From Catajapyx aquilonaris (lineage: Eukaryota), in assembly GCA_000934665.2 (NCBI GenBank), contig JYFJ02002903.1, positions 1 to 49,165 on the forward strand: 49,165 nt of DNA, written 5' to 3'. Below the pieces are notes generated by a model. It ran no database searches. It was not told the origin of the DNA and worked only from the letters and a program-made list of their open reading frames with translations. This document shows positions 1 through 10,700 of this stretch, piece after piece (position 1 is the first letter of the stretch; the number at the start of each line of letters is the position of its first letter). A program made the position numbers and the translations under genes.

Positions 1-3000
1 TTTGGTGCTTCCTTCTCCTCAATTTCCTCTTCCTCCACAGGAGTTGTTTGGACTACTTTTTCAGTGACAACTTTGGAGGTGACTCTCTTGGTCACTACAC
101 TTTCCACCTCTTTGTCTGTGAAAATAATTAATGATTTAACACATGCACACATATTTCTTGATTGTTTTTCATGTGCTTTGCGAATACCACACACACATTC
201 GAACTGTGTGATACTACCCTATGAATGGATATTATGTTATATGCACTGTTTTACGAATATCACAGTTGAAGTGAATTAGCTGTATATATTTACGGCAGAT
301 ACTTTGCAATAACGCTCAATTTACCTACATTATCTCAGACGTACTTGCAATATCAATTTATATCATGAAGGCACCGTCAATGATGAGGTTCCTAAGATCA
401 TATTACCAAGAAATAGAGAAACTGGTCAAATTGCACACATGTATTACTGAACTCTATATTAGTGTAAGTCCATCTCTGTATATTAGAATCAGTACCGATA
501 TGAGTCCTTCTCTTTACATGAACCAATCACTCTGTAATTGGAAAATAATTTCAAGTATTGCTGTCCGCAGTGGGGTGTGGGTTCTGACATTGTCCAGAAA
601 GGCCTGTTGGACTAGGAAGACACTGCCACCCTCCTCCCCACCAACACCAGGAAACCAGAAGTTGAAGACATTTTTCTTGCGCCAAGTGTGGATTTCTAAA
701 ATGATGAGGTCGTGCCTCTCTGGGGGGAATGTATAGCTCAGTAGAGTTCATAATTATAGAGAGAGGTACTAATACATGTATGTCATTTCAACCATTTCTC
801 TTCTCTCCTTCCAGGCCTTTACTATTAGCAAACCAGATGCTCCTTGTTGGTTTAATGTATTCATTTGTAAACTAGTTCAACTCACTTTCAAAGTCTGTTT
901 AAATATAGTGGACCTAATATTTTTACATTTGTCCATGTTTTAAAATGTTCTATTCTGTCATTCCCTGTCATACACCCATCTCAAGGTGATAAATAGTCAA
1001 TTGCAACACCTGGGTTGTTATTATTACTCACCTTCATCTTCAGTTGTGCATGTGTCTATTTTTTTCTCTGGTTGTACTTCCTTCTCAGTCACTTTCGTCT
1101 CCCTAATCACCGTGACAGCTGTGACTCTGATACCTCTTGAAATACTCACATCTGTTTCCTCCACATAACTCGCAGTCTCTGCTTAGGAGAAAGTAATTGA
1201 ATTTTTAGGCCGATGCACTTTTTGATAGCAATCTACAAATAGTTAATGTGAGATACCTTCTAATTTGTCCTGAATAGTTGGAGCATCTTCCACCTGCTCA
1301 CTCTTTTTGATATCATCTGAAGGTGGTGTAATTTCTGCTTCTGTAACAACACCTTTCTCAATTTTTTCTATCATCGCAAGTTTTGTTGGTGATAAATCTT
1401 CACCAATATCTCTGAGAGGTCCTTTTTCTTCCTGTTCTTCAATTTCCTTTGCTACATCCCGAATGGCAGAATCTGTCACATCGCCAACACTTGTGACATG
1501 TTTAATGGTAGCAACTGCTATGTGTTCACTGATCACTTCATATTGCCCTTCCTTCTTTTCAACTGTTTCATCTCTGTAAAGTCGGATAACGTGTACCCTA
1601 GGTTCAATGGTTTCTGCGTCTTCTTCATTTTGTCCATTTTTGTACATGGGACTTGACGCCTTTTCTTTTCTCTCTGGTATCTGAGTTTCACTTTGCCTTG
1701 TGATTTCCATGATAGGACTTGTTCCTTTTGACACAGTGAATAAAATTGGACTTACGTTAGCATCCTTGGTATTAATCTCATCAGTACTTATTGCTGCTTC
1801 ACAAGTGTCAATGTAGAATGGGCTCACACCCACATCAATTAGCGCAGGTATTGGACTAGTTGATGCCTCCAGGGTTACTGTTGTTTCCATTGGACTCAAA
1901 TCAGTGTCAGACATTTCATCAGCTTCAGTGTCGACTGCAGTGTCTGAGTAATGCCGACGACGAGGACTGGTTAATGTCTCCGTTGTTCCTGTAGTAGCTG
2001 TTGTCTTCACAGAGCTGATGCCAGTGTCCATATCTGTGACAGGTGCACTCTCAGTTGTTGGGCTCTCGAATGAGGATCCCATATCCAGTGACTCGTAGTG
2101 GTACACACTCTTGTGGTCAGCAAATATGACAGTCTCTCCTTCTCGATGCACCTCAACTGCACCACTGTCTACATTTTCATCCACATCAACATCCATTTCT
2201 TCCACTTGGTCCAATTCCTCTTTACTGATGCTCTTGTCGACATCTGTAGTGATTTCTCTAGTCTTTTCCTTTACTTCTGTTTCAAATTTCTCCGTGATTT
2301 CCTCTGTTGCAGGAGATGCAGGAACCGAAGTAGATGCATCCCTAGTGGTGGGAATGATGATGTACCTTTGTTCTTCCTCCTCGTCTGCCTTTGGTATAAT
2401 TTTGGGTGCTGGTTTCTTAGGCAGGGCCGTTGGTGGAATTAGCTCTGTCGGGCGGTCTAATTTCTGAGTAGGAGTGACGACCCCCTGGCTCCCAGTGACA
2501 GCTGTTGTTGTGGAACCCACATCAATTCTTCTCCTCACTTCCTTGCCTTTCTCTTGGGAAGACGTTGTTACGCTAATGTGAGACTGAGACTGAATAGATA
2601 TTTTGAGGCTCTGGACAGTCTCTTCTGAGCCATACACCAAGAGTCGGTTTTCAGACATTGCTTTAGTGTCTCTTGTCCTTACTTCTTTATGTCCAAAGAC
2701 GAGCTCCAGAGTTGGTTTCCTCTCTGGTGCAACCACAGGGCTCAGAGTTCCTTCACTTTCTGCTTTACTCTCCCTACCTTTAGGAGGCACCTTTGCTTTG
2801 CCTTTCTTCCCTCTTCTCCCGCTGCCATCTTCTCCCCCATCACCATCATCACCATCATCACCACCTCCACTATCACCACTCTGGTCACCTCCACTCTCGT
2901 CATCACCGCCATCATCCTTACCATCTCCCTTGTCACCATCATTGTCACCTTGATCATCACTTCCCTTGCCTTCGTCTCCACTGGAATCTGCCGAGCTGGT

Positions 3001-6000
3001 TGGACTAATCATGTCATCTTTGTTTTCTGCTCCAGATTCATCGGGCCGAAGTTTTGCTTGCGTCACTCCATCTACTGCATCTCCCAGGTGCTGTTCTATT
3101 GCTTCTAAAATGCGCAGGCCTGATTTGGTAGGCTGAATGCCACTAGGTATGTCCTCATTGTCTTGTTGAGGCTTTGCAGCCACCTCAGGACTCTTGCAGT
3201 CCCGGGATCCCTTCTCCTCTGGGCTCGGCTGCTCTGGAATTGGCTGGACCACTTCAGCAATGGGAACCTCCAGAGCCATCCTCTGTTTCTCCTCGGCATT
3301 TTTGATCTCCTTTGCCAACCTCTGCTTACCAGCTGACTTCAAGATGTCTTCAGCAGAGATTGCTACTGTCAGGTGAGCTTGCCTCTTTCGGCGTTCACTA
3401 GCGCTCCTCCTGGTGGTCCCACTTTGTCCAGGAGCCACTGGAAAAAAAATGTCAAAAATATGCATTATTAGCTATTGGACATTTTATGGCATTATTGTTG
3501 TTTCACATCATCACTGGACAAACTGATGGCGTCATAAAATATTTCCATGAAGCCATTGTATGCAAATATGTCTAACAAGACTTGCATGCGATGCATGATC
3601 CATGCAATGCCTCCTTCAGTAGGCTACAACCTGCATGAAACAATTACAATGAAAGAGGAGGCCTGGACTGCAGGCTTGGGGCATCAGCCATCAGTGTCGT
3701 TGATGCTGGCAGAGGTGGACCGGTAGCCTATACCTGGTGTTCAGGGGCACGGCCTGAGTATGGCAGCAGGTGATGACCCATTGTGATGGAGAGGAGGATG
3801 AGTCTAGCAGTAGTCCATGCAGAGCTAGAGATCTGCTGTTGACACACTCTCACAGATCTGTCTGACCAATGCGCAGTCACGCACGTGATCACGTGGTTAT
3901 GTGCGCACGCACGCAACGTGATCACGTGCGCATGCATGCACGCAGCAGCAGTCAGGAATAATGAAATGATGATTTCTTACCTTCCTTCTCTTCCGTGGGT
4001 TGTCTCGCCGGGATTCGGTCGTCGCCTGCAGACGACGGTGCTGGTGGTTCTTCGTCATTAGTGGCTGAATCGGGAGGGGCAGCGTCTTCGTCGCCTTCGT
4101 CGCCACCAGCAACGACAGCGGCCGTCGACTCCTCAGCTGCTTCCGGGGCTTTGTCTGATTTGCTTGGTCTCTTGCTGGCCTTTACGGGCACGAGATCGTC
4201 GTCTTGACGGGGGGACGGAGGGACTGCGGTGGTCGTCGTGGCGGCGACGGTGGCGACGGTCGTCTCCTCGACGACAGGGAAGCCCTTCGGGATGGTGACG
4301 ATCTTCTTGGTCACCAGCTCCTTCACCATCAGCTCTTCCACCACCTCCTTCTCCTCCCCAACGTACTTGCGCTCCTCGTCCCTGTCGCTGCTCAACTTCT
4401 CAGCTTCCTTAGCTTCCTTGCTGCTCGTCGTCGCTTCCTTCACTAGGGACACCAATGCCTCATTCGACATCTTGGCCATAACTTCGCCAACATCCTCGTC
4501 GTCATCCCCTGCACAAACAGGAAGCATTTTGAAGGTCATTAACAACTACTTCCTGAGCGCAACACTTTCTCCTACCTTTGGAGACTTTTTCTTCTTGTCT
4601 AATGTCTTGAACTGTTGTCTCTTCTTTAATCAGAGTCGTCTGAAACGTGGGAACATACATATTGGAGCAGATGAACTTCAACAACGCCAATTTCATGTCA
4701 TGCCAGATATCATTACCTCCTCTTGGACCAGTGTTGTGTCTGGCAGAGTTGGCACTTGGTCGCGGTCATCACGCTGTGTGGACGGAATGTCGGCAGCGGC
4801 AGTGGGTGTTGCCTCAGATTCCATCACATTTGTGACCACAGCTTCCTCCTCCACCTCCTCTTCTGCTTGGTCCGCACTGGGAGACATGTCTTCTGGTTGC
4901 ATCTGCTCCCTGGCAACGGCCTCCTCCACCTGGTCGGTCACTACCTGCACGTTGCGGAGGCAGCTGGTCACGATGTCCTCGCGGGACACAGCGCGAAGGC
5001 CCTTCTCTAGCAAGTTGCCCGTGGCCTGCATGACAATAACCAGATAATATCCTTATTACACACGGCCTCAGCAAGTCAACATCTCGGGACAATAATGACA
5101 GTGCTGACCTTGTTGCCGAGGCTGTTGATCCAGAGCCTGAGCATGATCATGGCCTGCTCGGACTGGTTGTCTGGACAGTTCTCTTGGATGGACTGGCAGT
5201 CCGAGTCGGACACGCCCAGCTCCTTGGCCAGGCGGGGCCAGTCCTCTCCCAGCATGTTGCAGATGTCGGACAGTCGGAACTCGGCCCTGTGGATCAGCTC
5301 CGGCCGACCAACTATACATGATGTTGAAACACCAGAGAAATCAGTTCATGGAACGTCGTACTTTCGGCACACGACAAATCGACATTATTTATTTCTACTC
5401 ACTTCTCAAGAAGGCGTACTTCTTCTCCAGTGATGTGAGGTCAGTTTCTGAAGGCTCCGTCTCAGGCACGATGGTGTCCGGCAGCACCAGGTTCAAGTTG
5501 CATATTGGTGTCTGAGGGGGGTCACCCTTCGCCACCTGTGGGTGTGTGCAAAATAGACCAACACAATGCATCAGTTGCATTACCTACACATGTTAATGCA
5601 CACTATAATATGTACATATGTCCAGTGCAGCCCAGCTGACCTTTGGTTCCCTCATGAAGGCGATTCGACCGACAGGGTCAGCATGTGGGTCTTTTAGTCT
5701 GGCTGTGAAGGGCAGCCTGTTCTCCCTGAAGGCGTGGAACTGGAAGCTGAGCTGCTCCCCTGACTTGGTGACCGGCACCAGGTTCCCAGCGAACTCGACG
5801 AACTGCTGCTTGGCCTCCAGCACCTCCACGTCCCTGCTTTTTGCCACCTCCGTGAAGTGCTCCTGGTGCTCCAGGGTCTTGTCCTCCCGGTCGTCGCTCA
5901 TGCAAAACACCCTCAGCCGGGCCTCGTTCTCGTCCACCCTCTTGGCGAACACCACGAACCTAATCATAATAATGGCCCAATAATAATGCACCGGACCAGA

Positions 6001-7712
6001 CCATTGTTGCTGGTGACTCACTTGGCCATGAAAGGCACGTGGATGGCCTCTCTGTAGAGCTCCGTGGCCATTTTGGAGGCCTCCCCGACGTTGCTGCAGT
6101 CCATCAGCCAGAACCTGGCCGACACCGTGGTGGTGAAGGACACACAGTCGTTGATGAAGGTCAGCGGGGTCGACCCGGTCACGTCCTCCCATTGGGCACG
6201 TATCGTCCCTCCTGATGATACGTAATGTCAAGAAGAAGGAGAAAAACCAACACATCACGACATATGAACACGTCGATGGCCGGAGCCTCCTATATACCCT
6301 CTGACACTCTATATATACAGGGGACATTCAACACTATATGTACACATCCTCTCCCCTAATGCTCTGCATTTCACTTGGCTAAATTGCTAGGTACATCATC
6401 TTGAAAACATCGTTACATATGTGTGCTGAAGGGAGGAAAGAGGGCTGCATTGTCAAGGGTCAGGTGGTGCGATTGTAGTACACAGTGGGATTTTAATGCT
6501 GGCAAATGCTGGGAAGAAGAAGACATTAAGCTAAGGATAGCACATCAGGTTGTTCACAACATAATCGGAAAAGTTTTATAGCCATTCACTAAAACAAAAT
6601 AATGTGTTTCATATTCAAAGAAAACGGGAATCCGTATATTCTGGAGAACAATGGAACAGAAAAAGAAACTGTCAGTATAGATAATTACATGACTTACAGT
6701 ACCATCCAGCTCGCTATATCGAACTGAAGATACTCACGACCGTATACCACACACCACGACTCGTGTTCTCACCATATACCAGCACTACCCCTACAATATA
6801 ATAATCTATATTGATTATAAGAAGCATGCAGCAGAACTATCCCATGCGCTCTCTTACCATAATATTATTACGGGCAATATTGAAATTTGCATCAAAGCGA
6901 ACTGATATGCAAACATGATCGTGCTTGGTCAGTGTGTCACTGAGCCTACGGGAGACACGGAGCATGAGAAATATTGTGCTTGGGATGGCTAGTGAAAATA
7001 GTGCGCACGATCTGCGTAATAGTATTCATCGTGGGATGAAGTAATTGTGTTTTAATAGGCAATTGTCGTGACATGTAATGGTAGTGAGAGAGAATATCCT
7101 GCTTGTCATTATTGTGAAAATACTGCATTGCATCACTGAACTGCTCTAATAAAAATACTCCGAAAAAGCGCACCCGACGATCCACCATAAGGATCATTGA
7201 ATAACTAATAAGCGCAGCGAGATTCATATAACTACAGCTGGCATAATATTATCAACTATCGGTTTGCTCAAGTGCTCGGAATATTAAGCTGCACTGCTCT
7301 CTGGCAGCAATAATCCATTATTGGAGAGAGTCAATTCGCGAAGTCTGGCTCCGCGAAGCAGAAATGAATTCCGTTACAAAGTGTGTCAAAATGCTGGCGA
7401 GTGTGCGGCAGTTGCAAAGTAAATGAGGCAGCACACACTTTTGATTCGGCTGCTTCCACTCTCCAGACGGGGAATGATTTGTCAACGTGGATGGGGTGAG
7501 AGGGACTCAATAGAAATCGCTTCACTCGCACGACCGGAGCCACAGCAAATGGACCGACTTGTATAACAGATGGGGAATAACACTTTCACGGAAGAGAGAG
7601 CTCTGCTTATGCACTTCCCGTTGAAGCAAAACCAAGAAAACTATTCCGTTTGCTTGCTCTTCGAAATGCCGCCACGGGCCATAAATGAAAAGGTGCGTAC
7701 ATGCTCTGTTGC

Positions 7713-7773
<61 letters not shown>

Positions 7774-10700
7774 GCTTGTCAAATGAGCGAATTGCGTGAG
7801 ATATCCGGCAATAATGCATCACAAAAAATTGTTGCGTATAATCAATGCTTATCAAGTTTTGGATCACTTAATTTCATGAGTAAACTGAATGAACAAAGGG
7901 GGCATAATTGCAAGGAATGCATCGCACATAACAAGAATAATAATAATATAGGTAAGTATAATAAGAAGTGTATGATATAATATTATGAAGGAATAGATGA
8001 GAGAATGAGAGAGATATAGAGATAGAGACAGAGAGAGAGGTGGTTGCCCTTTACCTTTAAGCGACCTTTTCCGAAACAGCCCTGGGGTAGAGTGCGGCAA
8101 TGCATTGGAGTGAGGAGGGTAACAGTGTGTTAGTATTTTGGCACCGGGATTATGCGGTCATATAATATCAAACAATACTGTAACAATAATCGTACAAAAC
8201 AACAACTACAGAGGAGAAGAATCAAGTTATTATTAATTATTATTATTGCAATCGTCAACTTTGGCGTTTTGTAGAAGTATATATCTGTATGATAGCTACT
8301 CATATAATCAGCAGGTCATACCCATGCTGATGCCATAACGTAGTCATTCCATGCCAACTAGAGGGGCTATCACTCAAGTTATAGTGCATCATCTATAATA
8401 ATGCTCATTATATACTCTCCTGGGGAGAAGGGGGAGGGGGGGGGGGAAACATTCATCCATGCCGGGGGATTACACTAGTTTCACCTTTAATCAAGTTTAT
8501 CAGACGCCAAAAATATAATTTCGTTCACCATACGCTGACTTATTGCAAAAAGTATTTTGTAATAATAAAAATTGAGACAAAAAAATATGATTTCATTATG
8601 AAAGCGCGTGTAGATTGGCAAAAAATGTTTCATTTCGTGCTTAGTTTATGATGGACTTAAATAATACACCAGTGTGACACCTTCCCATTTGGCTGCCCAA
8701 TTTTGCCTGAGTCATTCGGAGCACCTTGTCCAGGTCACGTGACAAGAAAGGTTGGGTATAAATACCAGGAGATGTTGTGCCGAATAGGGCTCATCTAATA
8801 GTATATGCTACCTATTTCACTCCAGAAACACCGCCCCAGTGTATACTATATAGCTCTAGTTGGCATGGAATCAGTATCGCAGATCACTGGCTGTTTTGCT
8901 TGCTGGTTTGTGTGACAATTTCATTTTCTTTCACGTTGAAACACATGTCGGATGTCGCCCAAGGGAAATAAAATAATCGTTCACACACGCATTTTTTTAA
9001 AAACCTGTTTGCAGTGTTATAATAGTCTTTGTTTTCTTAGCACTTCCATAAGAAATACTTCGTTATGTTGGACCTTTTTTCTCAGCATTTCATAGCTTAA
9101 ATAATTTAGATATGTCTAAAAGTTTTCGAGTTATAGGTTGTTTTTTTTTTAAATCCGCGCATTCTTTTCCGGTCACCCTGTATATAGGCCCAGGACCAGA
9201 AAAGTCAGGCGAGTAAAAGCATGTAAGTCCAGAGCACAAAGTTCTTAGCTGCGGATCATACTTTGTCGGCTGAATGTTACACCGGCACTGCATATTGAAC
9301 GGCTCTGATCAAAAATCACATATATATTACCAAAAATATTCCAGCATTGCCAGCAGACACGCACAAATGCTTCATAATTTGCCTAAATGATGACTCATGA
9401 TCCCAGAGGAGTCCAATTTTGATTAGATTCATGCACTGATAATTATTATCTTGATCAGTTTTCAATTCAGTGCAAATTACATCCGAATAATAAATTGCGA
9501 ATATAATTTATTCGCCTCGATTTTCCAAAGTGTACATTGTAGCCTTGACAATCACGATGACCAAAGATAAGCTGTAAGCCTGCACTTTCATTGTAGAAAT
9601 AAATAAGTTATTACAGTAATGATTAATGCGAGACTGCTCCCTTCCCTGGGATAAGATCAGCGGACTTGTGCCCTGCACTTACTGTGCATTTGTGCATTGT
9701 ACAGTACACGACGACTTACTGGTGGGTTTTTACATCATAAGCTGAGCATGAGGGATGAGGCTATCATTATAGGATGTCCAGCTAAGATACTCTACGGTAT
9801 ATATACGACAGCGAATGGATTGCACCTGCTGTCTTGACGCTCATTTTGTAGAGCAGTCTATGTACACAGTACAGTACAGTACGTACTGTGGTTTTTTCAG
9901 AAGTATAGAGAAGAGACATGCGCGTCCGCCAAAAAACACCAACAACTACAGTGTAATGTACTGTACGGGAATGAATTGTCCCACTCGACCCTTTCAGCAG
10001 CAGCGGAATAATAATAACAATAATCTAAATGCAATGAGGTAAGTAAAGGATGACAAGAGTGGGCCCAAAAAGGTTGCAATACTGGATAGCAAAAACATGT
10101 AGTACTGGTTGAGTATAATATACAGCCATGTGGCCGGCAATTGTCTCTTGCCTCCACAGACCAAGTGCAACCAAAAATAAACACAGCAGCACTTACGACT
10201 ATCTGCGGGCGCTTCCTGCCTGGAAAAACAGAAATTTACTCCCTTCATTGTTCGGTAATCATATTTTCATACGTGATTGGCCTACTAATTCGTGTCCGTC
10301 ACGTATACTACATAGACTCGGAAATAATTTGCGTTTCTCTCTACTTACACCTCCTCTTAGGGTAAATCACGCAAGTCCATTCAATATCCAGGCCTGCCCA
10401 CGGACTATTGCAAATCACAGCACGTATGTCAAAGAAATATTGGGACAAAAAATGTATCCTGGAGTTATAATTACCCACCAGCACTTTACAAGGTGAAACA
10501 ACCCACCTCTACCTTGCTATAAGGCACTAATGGTTCCAAATCAACAGAAAATTTGGTCTCCTAAACTTCTTTGGCAGATACTGCGTATTCAGTATGTTTC
10601 TCTGGAAGTCTGTAGAGACCTTCGCAATTTATAATATTACTGCTATTTGAACATGGCCGTGAATGGGTCGCGTGGCATTACATTAGGCAGAGGTAATTCA

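Noticed and set aside
116..1031. Possible extra ankyrin tail exons (ORFs 551..751 minus, 365..736 plus)
   Set aside because: No phase-1 acceptor/donor pair giving a stop-free exon of tail-like composition.
4229..5047. 272-aa plus-strand ORF (also 11425..12099, 14766..15350, 18021..18533, 1307..1579 and similar)
   Set aside because: Antisense shadows of GC-rich ankyrin exons, with no independent protein signature.
5593..6327. 244-aa minus-strand ORF as a standalone gene
   Set aside because: Chimera: only 5959-5641 is the true ankyrin frame. The upstream part is an alternative frame of exon 6211-6022 plus intron.
7522..7980. Poly-Ile, poly-Leu and poly-Tyr ORFs
   Set aside because: Translation artefacts of the (AAT)20 microsatellite.
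6730..10400. Orphan AG...GTRAGT pairs in the 4.6-kb intron (~6738-6790, ~9719-9770, ~10349-10393)
   Set aside because: Wrong phase, an in-frame stop, or a poor acceptor, and they would interrupt the conserved CSITGG...QWEDVTG peptide.
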